A DNA stretch of 62,142 nt, counting the filler, from Chiloscyllium plagiosum (Eukaryota): NCBI RefSeq assembly GCF_004010195.1. It is 3 parts of one record of this genome, joined end to end, with 100 filler letters (N's around TTAATTAATTAA, not from the genome) between each part and the next. Parts side by side here need not be neighbours in the genome. Positions count along the whole stretch, not along the records: positions 1 to 20,235 come from NC_057712.1; 2 more parts are not named here. One strand, written 5' to 3'. Both the position numbers and the translations under genes were made by a program. Of the stretch, positions 1 to 11,397 are shown one piece after another. Each line of letters starts with the position of its first letter. The stretch's first letter is position 1. A model generated the notes under the pieces. The model saw only the letters and a list, made by a program, of their open reading frames with translations. It had not been told where the DNA came from and ran no database searches.

Positions 1-198
1 TGTATAAGACTCTGGTGCGGCCGCACCTGGAGTATTGTGTGCAGTTTTGGTCGCCATACTATAGGAAGGATGTGGAGGCACTGGAACGGGTGCAGAGGAG
101 GTTTACCAGGATGTTGCCTGGTATGGTAGGAAGATCGTATGAGGAAAGGCTGAGGCACTTGGGGTTGTTTTCATTGGAGAAAAGAAGGTTTAGGGGTA
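1..198 (+). mobile_element. CR1/HER1 LINE ORF2 C-terminal fragment
   Basis: Translates [35 protein letters not shown], the CR1 post-RT signature. Confidence 0.9.
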
Positions 199-300
199 AC
201 TCTGATTTCTCTCCACAAATGCTGACAGACCCGCTGAGATTTTCCAGCAATTTCTGATTTTGTTTCTGATTTCCAGCGTTCACAATTCTTCGACTTTTCT
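199..300 (+). mobile_element. Old Penelope-derived terminal fragment
   Basis: ctccacaaatgctgacagacccgctgagattttccagcaatttc resembles 37278-37320 and the 3' part of the PLE module at 51480-51560. Confidence 0.55.
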
Positions 301-399
301 TCGTTTAATGCAACTGTTCTGGTGCTTCCTGCCCAAATCAAAGCTGGAGATGCAATTGACAGAGGAAGCCCCACCATAAAGATAATTCTGTGAAGAAAT

Positions 400-990
400 A
401 CTAATTAACATCCTTTGGTCTTGGATTCTTTATGAAGTTGCTTCAGTCAACATTTTTTCTTCTCAGCCAACACATTAAAGCACATTAATGATGCTTGTGG
501 GATATAGCTGAGAACAATTTGGCTGCCTCATATTGTCTTTAAGAAAACATTTTAGACTACTCTGAAATACTGTGGGATATCCTGAAAGCACAAAAAGTGC
601 TATACAAATGCAAGTTCTTTCCTCTTGATTTTATTTTCCAAAATAATTAAACAAAAGATTCACATTTATAAAGTGCTTCCTCATGTAAAGTATTTTACTG
701 ACAATGATTTACTTTTGAAATGTAGTCCTTCATAATGTAATCACCTGCACACAGCAAACTTTCATGAACAGTAGCCTGCGTTCCTTTGGTGGCATTGAGG
801 CAGGAATATTGGCCCAGATGTTGGAAAAAACCTTTTGCTTCTCAATTAAAAAAAACCCACAAAATCGGTGACATCCACCTAAACACAGGCCCATTTTGTT
901 GCTTAACACTTAATTTGAATAATAGTATCTCTATGAATGCAGTATTCTCTCAGAATTGCACTGAAAAGTTCAACTTAGAACCACTTGTGA
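400..990. mobile_element. Two decayed Deu-domain (SacSINE1/AmnSINE-like) SINE remnants, tail to tail (about 400-625 plus, 670-990 minus)
   Basis: L2-like tail gtgctatacaaatgcaagttcttt on the plus strand. The minus copy shows cagtgcaattctgagagaatactgca, ggccaatattcctgcctcaa and gactacatttcaaaagta. Recognised from memory and heavily diverged. Confidence 0.5.
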
Positions 991-1366
991 CCTAATCGGT
1001 GAAAACTTGTAACTTCCCAGCCTTCAACTTTGGCAGATCACAGCAATCTTACAATTGGTTTGCTGAGACAGCTACTGAGGCTGACTGCAAAAGTTGGATG
1101 ATCATTAGTACATAATGTGAGTAACTATTTAACATTAGCTCTTTATGTTCAGATTTTTCACAGTGCCAGACTTAACAGTAATATCTTTTTCCTTCAACCA
1201 ACACCACCTAAATAAGACTAAATTGTTATTATTTAATGATCATGCTTAGCATCTTGATTGTGCAAGAATGGCTGCAGTTTTTACATGCATCCCAATTCTT
1301 GTTGTGCAAAGTATCTTGGGAGAATTTGAAAGATGGAATCATAATACTAAATACTTACAAGTTTGT

Positions 1367-1677
1367 GGGCGGCACGGTGGCACAGTTAGCACTGCTGCCT
1401 CACAGCGCCAGAGACCCGGGTTCAATTCCCGACTCAGGCGACTGACTGTGTGGAGTTTGCACGTTCTCCCCGTGTCTGCGTGGGTTTCCTCCGGGTGCTC
1501 CGGTTTCCTCCCACAGTCCAAAGATGTGCAGGTCAGGTGAATTGGCCATGCTAAATTGCCCGTAGTGTAAGGTAAGGGGTAAATGTAGGGGTATGGGTGG
1601 GTTGCGCTTCGGTGGGTCGGTGTGGACTTGTTGGGCCGAAGGGCCTGTTTCCACACTGTAAGTAATCTATTCTAATC
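1367..1677 (+). mobile_element. HE1 V-SINE, full length
   Basis: tRNA-like head gggcggcacggtggcacag...ggttcaattcc, V-domain ctccccgtgtctgcgtgggtttcctccgggtgctccggtttcctcccaca, CR1-like tail gggccgaagggcctgtttccacactgta followed by (atcta)n. Confidence 0.92.
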
Positions 1678-1849
1678 AACTGGTTTCTCATCACTAGTTA
1701 GGATGAAATGGTGGGGTCATGGTAATATTATTGGACTATTAATCCAGAAGTCCAAACTAATACTCTTGAGACATGGATTCAAGTCTCACTATGGCAGCGG
1801 ATGAATTTATGTTAAAAAAATGAAAATAACATACCAGTTAATTTAACAT

Positions 1850-2365
1850 CAGTGGTGGGAAAATGCTGGGGTCTATTCAAAAAAATGCGATGACAGAATG
1901 TTTGGAAGGCCTTCATGGGTTTGAACAAATCCACATGGTTTTGTGGTGGCAAATACTGCTTAACAAATCGACTGGACATTTTTGTGATGTAACCAATAGA
2001 ACAGATAAGGGTGAACCAGTGGATGTGGCTTATTTCGATTTTCAGAAGGCTTTTGATAAGATCCTTCATAGCAGGTAGTGGGCAAAGATAAAGAACATGA
2101 TATGGAGGTTTATAGATTAATTTGGATTAAGAATTGGTTTCCATACAAGAAACAGAGAGTAGCAATAAATGGGTCTATTCTGAGTGGCAGGCAGTGAATA
2201 GTGCAGTACCACAAGGATCAGTACTTGAGCCCCATTTATTCACAATATATAGATGACCAGGATAAATTCAACATTTCCAAGTTAGCTGATGATACAAAAA
2301 TGAGTAGGTTTGTGACCCATGAGGTGGTGGCAAGGAGTCTTCAAGTGATTTAGACAAGTTGAACT
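1850..2365 (+). mobile_element. CR1 LINE reverse-transcriptase fragment, decayed
   Basis: VDVAYFDFQKAFDKI, then VPQGSVL- and KLADDTK-like motifs. Confidence 0.85.
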
Positions 2366-2697
2366 TTAGTTTCCTTTCCAATGAGTTCTTGAATTTGACA
2401 TTCTATTATCACATTACTTCTATGAATTGTAAGATCGTGGAAATGCCTGGATACTCCGGCAAGCAAAAAAACCCCACAGCCATTAAAGTTATAGCTGAAA
2501 TTTATGCTACCATCAGTGGTACAACAAAACTTTCCATCAAGCTCAAGATTTCAGCTGAACTCTTTCATGGACTTGGAAAAGGCTGGTGTTGCAGATTTTG
2601 TTTAAAATCTCGGTAGCAACTCAGTAGAGCACTAAAGCAACATTCTATCGTTCTGGTTCATTCATACATATGTCCTCATTCAGTGGTCTATATTTAC

Positions 2698-2767
2698 CTT
2701 TGCCAGACATTTTCAACTTGGCTTCAACATCAGAAAGCTCTTTCTGCACCTCTGTTAACTTGGCAAC
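2698..2767 (-). CDS. SLC4A1AP: Kanadaptin internal coding exon (coiled coil)
   Basis: 70-nt exon flanked by tttactcctgtAG and GTaaat. Translates VAKLTEVQKELSDVEAKLKMSGK(x), versus recalled human VAKLNDAERELSEISERLKASSQ. Continues in phase 0 from the 5211 exon. Confidence 0.9.
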
Positions 2768-3625
2768 CTACAGGAGTAAAGAAGTGATTATGTGCACAGA
2801 ATGATTTTGTTGGAGAACACAATTGCCCAAAACCAATAACCAACAATAGATGTGCAGCACAAATGACAAGGTGTTTTTAAAAATAAAATTACTTGACTGA
2901 GAAGCTGGAGAAACAAGAGTAGTCCTCTTAAACTATTTTCAATGCAGTTTATACTGGAAACAATGACCCCTTCCACCCAATATAGCTCTTCTCTTCTCCT
3001 TGTAAAGGACCCTGACACGGTACCCCTTAAGCCCAAATGATTATTACTGAATTCCTCACCCCACCACCCATAATCAACTATTACCAAATCCCACGCCCCA
3101 ATTTCTATCCATAATTATCTGAATTGGAAGTAGGTGTACTATTAAAGTGGTCAACCTGACATTGAGTGGGGATAAAATTCATAACACATTTACAGGAGTA
3201 ATTCAGTTGTTCCTTTAATGGCTCAATTCTTGAAGACCTAGTCATACTCAAATAATTCTTTCTGATAAGTTTTGTCTGGAAGTTTGTATAAAGAAGAAAA
3301 CGGAGTGTCATGACAGACTGTAAGAATCCCTGTTGCCACCACTGGGTAGCACAGCCAAATCTAAGGCCATTTTATAACTTCTAAATGTAAATACTTTGAA
3401 ATGTCTCCTTCTCGCCCCCATTAATTTTATCTCCTCTTGCTAGTTCTACAGGTTCCAATATCTCTTCCAAAGGGTATCGGTTTAGCATAAATCTGGATGG
3501 GCAGTGAACTGATTGAACTGGTGAAACTGAAAATGAATAACAAACTACCTTCACCCAACATTTGTACATGCACAACTCCAGCAGGTGGTGCTAGTTAGTA
3601 ACAGGGATTGGAATCCAGACTGATG

Positions 3626-3698
3626 GCCTCACTGGCTTGATGGACAAGGCATCGGCTTACTAAGCTAGTGATTGTTGGTTCAAGTCCCATGTGGGATG
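3626..3698 (+). pseudogene. Decayed tRNA-Arg(CCT)-like gene, anticodon now ACT
   Basis: 73 nt GCCTCACTGGCTTGATGGACAAGGCATCGGCTTACTAAGCTAGTGATTGTTGGTTCAAGTCCCATGTGGGATG aligns without gaps to the recalled vertebrate tRNA-Arg-CCT. B box is intact; acceptor, anticodon and T stems have mismatches. Confidence 0.75.
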
Positions 3699-3711
3699 CA
3701 GTGAGTATTGA

Positions 3712-3820
3712 GCACATTTGTGGTGCAATGGTAGTATCCCTAACTTTGAACCAAGAGGCCCAGGTTCAAGTCCCACCTGCTTCAGAAGTTTGCCATAACA
3801 TCTCTGAATGGGTTGATTTC
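3712..3820 (+). mobile_element. Short tRNA-derived SINE
   Basis: A box tggtgcaatgg and B box ggttcaagtccc. A related copy lies on the minus strand at about 40228-40320. Confidence 0.6.
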
Positions 3821-4139
3821 TGATCTAGAGATGAGCCAAAACATGCCTGAAATCAAGACTGACATTTCACAGTAACTGCAGAGCCACAAGGTCAGTTAAT
3901 AAGTTCATATTACAGTCTAGTAGTGTCCATACCTCCAGTCTAGTAGACCTGAGTTGATATTCTATTTGCATTTCTCAACAGGTTGATTTGAAAAAATATC
4001 AAAATTAGCTAACTGAGCATTGCCCAGGCCAGCAGGTGCATGGCAGGGGGTTCCCACATGTGAATTCCATAGAGAACTACTGACATGATTTATTATGGTT
4101 CCTCTTGGATTTATGCTCACTTTGAATTATTTTCATAAA

Positions 4140-4600
4140 TTTATTTCACTTGTTAGGTCAGCATTTATTACCATTCCTAAAAACAGTTAAGATTCAACCA
4201 CATTGGTCAGCGTTACAAGTCAAATGAAGTCAGACCAGGTAAGGATGGCAGATTTCATTCTCGAAAAGAGTTAAGTGAACCAAATCGGCTTTTATGACAA
4301 TTGACAGTGATCGCATGGTTACATAAATTTAAGGTGAAGGGTGGAAGGTATAGGGGGGATGTCAGGGGTAGGTTCTTTACCCAGAGAGTGGTGGGGGCAT
4401 GGACTGCGCTGCCTGTGGGAGTGGCAGAGTCAGAATCATTGGCGACCTTTAAGCGGCAATTGGATAGGTACATGGATGGGTGCTTAAGCTAGGACAAATG
4501 TTCGGCACAACATCGTGGGCCGAAGGGCCTGTTCTGTGCTGTATTGTTCTATGTTCTATGTTACCAAGTGGCTAGCTTTTAATTCCACATGATTTTATAC
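4140..4600. mobile_element. tRNA-derived SINE (minus) interrupted by a CR1 3' end (4320-4562, plus)
   Basis: Inner piece translates HKFKVKGGRYRGDVRGRFFTQRVVGAW and ends in (gttctat)n. Flanks match the SINE family at 36180-36445 and 44290-44610. Confidence 0.75.
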
Positions 4601-5210
4601 TCTAGGCCTCTATTTATAAAGCCAAGGGTCCTGAAATCTTTTAAAACAACCTTCTTTGCATGTTCTGCCACCCTCAAAAACACATTTCTGCAACTCTTTT
4701 AAAATTGCACGCTTTAATTTATATTTCCTCTCCTTCCTTCAAACAGTCAGATAATAACAAAACACAGAGTTATCTTTAAATGGTCTCAATGACTGATATC
4801 AATGAATAAATCTATAAATACATTGATGAATGATTTCTTCAAACAAAAAGTAATCAACTTAATGGAGAAGTAAGGAGAAAACATCCCATAATGTTTTGAA
4901 TAATGTAGATACTGTGTATAAGAGAATTGGAGTCTCTTTCTGGATGAATGAACCAAGATCAATGAAGGTCTTTCTACTTTTTGCTACAGGATAATCTTAT
5001 CTATTACCCAAAGGGAGGCGTCACTATTGCTGCAACAAACTCAGTGCTATGGTTGTACAATATAACCTGGGAGCAATGTTTCCCATTATTCTTTCCTCCT
5101 ACCTACCAAATAGGAAACATACTTTTCATGGAGCCCTTGAATGTCCATGAGACAGCTATGTTCTTTCTACAGTGAGCACATAACTGCAAATAAAACTTTA
5201 AAATTCTTAC

Positions 5211-5371
5211 CAAGGAGTCATAAGTTTCCACTTTCTCCTCTACTTTTCCTGCTTTCTTCATTCTGTTCAGTCTTTTCTTTTCAATAGCTCCTGTCCGATC
5301 TAAGAAAGTATCTTCATCGCTGTCATAGAAATCCTCGGCTTCCCAGTTTTTAGATTTGCGCTTCCGAGAAA
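5211..5371 (-). CDS. SLC4A1AP: Kanadaptin internal coding exon (basic RKRK cluster plus acidic DFYDSDED motif)
   Basis: 161-nt exon flanked by tttccttaccAG and GTaag. Translates (V)SRKRKSKNWEAEDFYDSDEDTFLDRTGAIEKKRLNRMKKAGKVEEKVETYDSL, near-identical to recalled human kanadaptin. Phase is compatible with both neighbouring exons. Confidence 0.97.
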
Positions 5372-5749
5372 CTGGTAAGGAAATAAATAATCAGGCTTTT
5401 TTTAAAAGAGGAATAATGGGGTGGCCGTTTACAATTACAGACCTTTCAACTAATGATGGAAGTCCCTCCCACCTAATCAATGTTATGTCAATGTGCGCGT
5501 GGTTGTAGTGTCTGTGAATAGGGTTCTAACAGTTCATCAGCAAATTGGAAACCAGAGTCCTTTCTGCTGATTACAGCATGCTGAGCAATGTCCAACAGTT
5601 CAGTTGTTTTTGCTGACCCTTTACCCAGAGATGACAGCTGAATATCACTAAATCTCCCTATTTAAAATGTGTTAACCTTGCTGCTCACATTACGCTAACA
5701 CTCTAATTCCAAATGAGTGCATAATGACATGCTCGTTTCAAGAAGATCA

Positions 5750-5940
5750 CAGCGGCGTTATGGCAATGTCACTGCTCAAATAATCCAGAAGTTCAGACTA
5801 ATGTTTGGGGTCATGGGTTCAAATCCTTTGTAAGGCCCATCTGGTGCATTAATCTCCTTTAGCAAAGGAAATCTGCCATCCTTCACTGGTCTGGCCAACA
5901 CATGGCTCCTGACTCATATCAGTGGCTAATTACCTATCAT
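5750..5940 (+). mobile_element. tRNA-derived SINE, decayed
   Basis: taatccagaagttcagactaatg...gggttcaaatcc...aaggaaatctgccatccttcactggtctggcc is shared with 1715-1810 and 38627-38950. Confidence 0.65.
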
Positions 5941-6239
5941 AATGGAAGAAAGCTTTCATTCATTCTTTAGGAGTTAAGGGTGAAAATATCTTGGTCTGTA
6001 TTCTGTGATTCAAGATCGATAATGCATTAGACACAACAGTGTCCATTTGTGCCTCCTGACACAGAATGAATCAAACTACAGTACTAATAAATGAGAATCA
6101 TTATTTTTAGACTGTTATAGTGATTTACTTAAGCAAACAGAATGTGCAAATGGGCAACATTGTGTACCAAGCTGCATTCTGCAAAATATGCAGTGGGTAA
6201 TCAGTAGGGTGGTTAATGAGAGTACAGTTTTTTTTAAAA

Positions 6240-8410
6240 TATTCACTTGTGGGATGTGCTTATTGCTGGCTGGGTCAGCATTTATTGCACCTCCTTAGTT
6301 GTTCTTGAGAAGGTGGTGTGAGCTGCCTTCTTAAACTGCTGTAGTCCATGTGCTGTAGGTAGACTCAATGCCATTAGGGAGGAAATTCCTGAATTTTGAC
6401 CTAGGTACACTGAAAAAACACAGTGATATGTTTCCAAGTCAGGATAGTGAGTGGCTTGAGGGGAACTCATAAGTGGTGGAGTTCTCATGTACTTGCTGCC
6501 TTGTCCTCCTGAAAGGCAGTGGCTTTGGTTTGGAAGGGAATGTCTAAGAATCTCCACAGTCCATCTCATAGATGGCAACATTGCTGATACTGAGCGTCAG
6601 TGGTGGAGAGACTGGATGTTTGTGGATGCGGTTCCAATCAAGTAGGTTCATTGTCCTGGATGGTGTAAAGCTTCTTGAGTGTTATTGGAGCTGGACTCAT
6701 TTTGACAGGTGGGGAGTATGCCAATACAAGAATTGTGCCCATTACAGATTGTTGTCAGACTCTAGAGAGTCAGGAGGGGATTTACTCACTGCAGTATTCC
6801 CAGATTGAGCTGTTTTTGTAGCTAGAATATTTATCTGGCTGCTTCAATTCAGTTTCTGGTCAATGATAGCTCCCAAGATGTTGATAGTGGGAGATTTTGT
6901 GGTAATAACATGGCTAGTGTTAGATTTTCTTTTATTGATGATGATCATTGCCTGGTAAGTTTCTGACTCTGGAATTATTACTTGCCACTTTTCAGCCTAA
7001 GCCTGAAAATTGTCCAGATCTTGCTGCAGTTGGACATGAACTACTTCAATATCTGAGGAGTCATGAATGGTACTGAATAGTATGCAATCAGCAAACAACA
7101 CCATTTCTGACCTTATGATGGAGGGAAGTTCATTGATGAAGCAGCTAATGATGACTGGGCTAAGGAAACTACCATATACTTAGTAAACTGAAAAGGATGT
7201 AAAAAGAGTTACAAAGATGTTACTGAGACAAGGTTTGAGTTATAAAGACAGGCTGGATTGACTGGAACTTTTTCTCTGGAGATAGGTGGCTAAGGGGTGA
7301 CCTATTAGAGGTTTATAAAATCACAAGGAACATAGATAAGGTGAAATGCCAATATCATTCCCTAGGTTAGGGGTCTCCATAACCGTGGGCGGCACGGTGG
7401 CACAGTGGTTAGCACTACAGCCTCACAGCACTAGAGACCCGGGTTCAATTCCCGCCTCAAGCGACTGACTGTGTGGAGTTTGCACATTCTCCCCGTGTCT
7501 GCGTGGGTTTCCTCCGGGTGCTCCGGTTTCCTCCCACAGTCTAAAGATGTGCAGGTCAGGTGAATTGGCCATGCTAAATTGCCCGTAGTGTTAGGTAAGG
7601 GGTAAATGTAGGGGAATGGGTGGGTTGCGCTTCGGCGGGGCAGTGTGGACTTGTTGGGCCGAAGGGCCTGTTTCCACACTGTAAGTAATCTAATCTAATC
7701 TAATCTAAATAGGTTTAAGATAAGAGGGGAAAGATATTAAAAGGACATGAGAGGTAACATGAAGTAGTTGAGGTGAGTACAATTACAACTTTAAAAGGCA
7801 TTTGAACAGGTAAATGTTTAGGTTAAAGAAATAAGAGTCAAACGCAGGAAAATGGAACTAGTTCAGTTCAGCAAATCTGGTCAGCATGGGCAAGTTGGGG
7901 CCGAAGGGCCTGTTTCTATGCTGTATGACTCTATAACTCCTGCAGAAATGCCCTGGAACTGAGATGACTGATGTCCAACAACCGCAACTATCTTATTAAG
8001 TATCATGCATGACTCAAAACAGCGAAGAGTTTCTTCCTGGATTTCCATTGACTCCACTTTTGCTAGCGCTCCTTAATGCCACACTTGGTCAAAAGCAGCC
8101 TTGATGTCAAGGACAATAATTTTCACTTCACCTCTGAAATCCAGCTCTTTTGTCCATGCTTGAATCAAAGCTGTGATGAGTGACCCTGATGGAACCAAAA
8201 CTGGGCGTCATAAAGCAGGTTACTGCTGAACAGTTGCTGCTAGATGGCACTGCTGATGACACCTTCAGTCACACTATTGAGTCACACTATCCACGCCTCC
8301 AACCATTTCTTGATATCACATGGATTGAATCGAATTGACTGAAGACTGGGAACCTCTGGAGTAGGCCGAGATGTATCATTTACTAGCACTCCTCGCTAAA
8401 AATTGTTATT
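6240..8410 (-). mobile_element. CR1-group LINE 3' half, interrupted at about 7175-7937 by a HER1 fragment (plus) that itself contains an HE1 SINE
   Basis: Outer element matches 28275-28625, 35905-36075 and 47765-48270. Inner CR1 ends gggccgaagggcctgtttctatgctgtatgactctata. Confidence 0.8.
7387..7706 (+). mobile_element. HE1 V-SINE, full length
   Basis: Near-identical to 1367-1677, with a (taatc)n tail. Confidence 0.92.
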
Positions 8411-8519
8411 AATGTAGAGAAAACTAATAGAGACTCCACTCTACACAAAATCACCATTCAGTCCACCGTAGGCTCAAAAGGAAACAAACGGGCCAACACA
8501 GTTTCACAAAGCAATAACA

Positions 8520-9065
8520 ATCCAACCAGTTGATATATAGTTTAGGAGATTAAGTGCATAATTACCAAATGGCCATTCCTCTCATCTTGGTTTTAGAAAG
8601 CTCTAGGCCTTAAAAATGATTGTTCGAGAGAGATTAATCATTATGTGTATCAAGGCCTATTGGGATTCTAACTTTGTCAATCTTGAAGCATGATGCCTGA
8701 CCAGATCCAAATATAGTGATTGACATAGTAAGGCATAAACCAAGCACTAGGTAAAACAAGTCAAAAGTTAGAAGGGAAACAAACATCAGACTTTGCTGTA
8801 TAGAGATTACCTCACTTATGTGCAAATGAAACAAGGGTGACGTGAGAAAAAAAAACATTTTCACACAGCAAACAGTTAGATTATGAAATGCACTGCCTAG
8901 AAATATGGTGGATACAAGTTCAGTGGGGGTATTCAAGAAAGCATTGGATGATTATGGTGTGCAGGGTATAGGGAAAAAGAAGATAAGCACTAGGTAACAA
9001 AAGCGGTACAGTCACAACAGACTGAATGGGCTCCTTTTGTGCTGCAACAATTCTGTGATTCTTCT
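8520..9065 (+). mobile_element. Old CR1 3' fragment
   Basis: ttttcacacagcaaacagttagattatgaaatgcactgcct is a decayed FFTQRVVRVWNALP; tail ttctgtgattct. Confidence 0.6.
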
Positions 9066-9210
9066 GAGATTGTTTGCTTGCCAAATGTACAAAGCCTATT
9101 GGGTTGGAATTACTTCAAAACTGAACATTGATGAGCATAACCTACAATATAGGGGGTTGAAAGAATGACTCAAAATGGATTATCCAGGTTGAATTGTTAA
9201 TCCAATGTGA

Positions 9211-9534
9211 TTAGATTAGATTCCCCACAGTATGAAACAGGCCCTTCAGCCCAACAAGCCCATATCGACCCTCCGAAGAGTAACCTACCCAGACCCATTC
9301 CCCTACCCTATATTAACCTCTGATTAATGCACCTAACACTATTTAGCAAGGCCAATTCACCTGACCTGCACATCTTTGGACTGTGGGAGGAAACGGGAGC
9401 ACCCGGAGGAAACCCATGCAGACACGGGGAGAATGTGCAAATTCCAACACAGACAGTCACCAGAGGCAGGAATCGAACCTGCATCCCTGGCACCGTAAGG
9501 CAGCAGTGCTAACTACTGAGCTACCGTGCCGCCC
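9211..9534 (-). mobile_element. HE1 V-SINE
   Basis: Reverse complement of the HE1 head, V-domain and tail. Confidence 0.9.
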
Positions 9535-10564
9535 CAAATGGGCAATATATGTAATATGCACATTGGAATCTGGATTTAAAGCAAAGTAAAGAGGTGGACA
9601 AATACTTTCAATTTAAATATTTGGTGGGTGAGGAATACATGAAACAAGTTATCCAAACAGACAGTGCAGTTGTAAAAGCATCAGCGAAGATTTCAAGAAG
9701 AGACAGACATTTGGTAATTGGTACTGGAGAATAAATTTGGGTTTGGCTGCAAAGCAGTCCGAGCAATCTATATATTTTTTCTACATAGCCACCCCATTCT
9801 AACCCCAGGTATTTCCTACCAATGACCATTGATGTTTGACTCATTGATTTTCACCCAATGCAGGGTCATGCACAGATCAGCAATCTAAGATGCAGCAACA
9901 GCTGGTGCGGCTCTCGGTTACTCTTGCCAGGGGATCTGCTGTCATGCTATGCTGCACTCATCTGCTTTGCGTCATCCTCACATCCATTGTAGGCCATCTG
10001 CAACCAGTCTGTGACATCCAACATCCAACAACCCTTTCTCTGCCTTGTTCTCTTGAAGAGACCTCTGTAGTTTTTCCAATTTGATTAAATGGGACAAATA
10101 CTGCCATTTTCTTTCCTGGTTGAGACGTTCAAAGATTATTTTGATCTTGCAATCAAGTGCCTCTTCATTGTCTTTAGTCTGTATTTGGAATTTTTAGAAT
10201 GTATTTACATTTCACAGGCCTCTATTTTCTTCCACAGATCTTTAGGTTTCGTTCAGATTTCTGCATCACAAAATAGATAAAATGTAGTATCTTATCCACC
10301 TTTTTTCTTGTTAAAAGCACCAATCCAATACTGTATTACTTATTGCAAAAAATGAAATAAACTAATCCATGGGAATAAAAGAAGATTTTTAAAAATTGTT
10401 GCGCTCCTTTCAACTATTTCTTAATAATTTCTTAAAACAGACAGCACTGAATGTACCTACTCCAAATAACTTGGAGGACCATCACTCTTCCTTGGATAAG
10501 ACTGTTATGAAGTATTGTATAAACCATGCTGATTGGCTTAAATAAATCAAAAAAATTTATGAAG

Positions 10565-11397
10565 TAGAGTCATGGAAATGCACAGCATGGAAACAGACCC
10601 TTCGGTCCAACTTGTCCACGCTGACCACATATCCTAAATTTACCTAGCCCCATTTGCTTCATATCCCTCTCAATCCTTCCTATTCATAAATCCATCAAAT
10701 GCCTTTAAATGTTGTAATTGTACAATCCCCATCATTTTCTCTGGCAGATCATTCCATGCATCCACCACCCTTTGTGTGAAAAAGTTGTTCCTTCGGTCCA
10801 TTTTAAATCTTACCCCTCTCACCTTAAACCTATGCCCTCTAGTTGGAGACTACCCTACCCTGGGTAAAAGACCTTTGCTATTCACCCTATCCATGCCCCT
10901 CATGATTTGATAAACCTCTATCACGTCACCCTTCAGTCTCTGACACTCCAGAGGAAAATTGCCCCTGTCTATTCAGCCTCTCCCTATGGCTCAAACCCTC
11001 CAACTCCAGCAAAATCCTTGCAAATCTTTTCCGAACCCTTTCAAGTTTCACAACATCTTCCTTACAGCGCGGAGACCCAAATTGAATGCAGTATTCCAAG
11101 CGTTGCTTAACCAATGTCCTGTACAAGTGCAACATTACCTCCCAACTCCTTTACTCAATGCACTGACCTAGACAAGCATACCAAACACCTTCTTCATTAC
11201 CCTGTCTACTTGTGACACCACTTTCAAGGTTCCTTTGTTCAGCAACACTCCTCAGGATCATACCATTAATTCCTACCCTGACTTGCCCGACCAAAATGCA
11301 ACACGTCACATTTATCTAAGTTAACTGCCATCTGCCACCCCTTGGCCCACCTGATCAAGGTCTTCTTGTATTCTGAGGTAACCTTCTTCACTATCTA
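10565..11397 (-). mobile_element. HER1/CR1 LINE 3' fragment
   Basis: LYRTLVKQRLEYCIQFGSP...KLERVRKRF; (ctatgact)-type tail. Confidence 0.88.

Noticed and set aside
1236..1656. Recurrent short ORFs such as MWKQALRPNKST... and SLHVLPVSAWVSSG...
   Set aside because: These are chance frames of the HE1 SINE, seen at every copy.
3001..3315. TG...CA unit as a solo LTR
   Set aside because: No TSD and no clear poly(A) signal.
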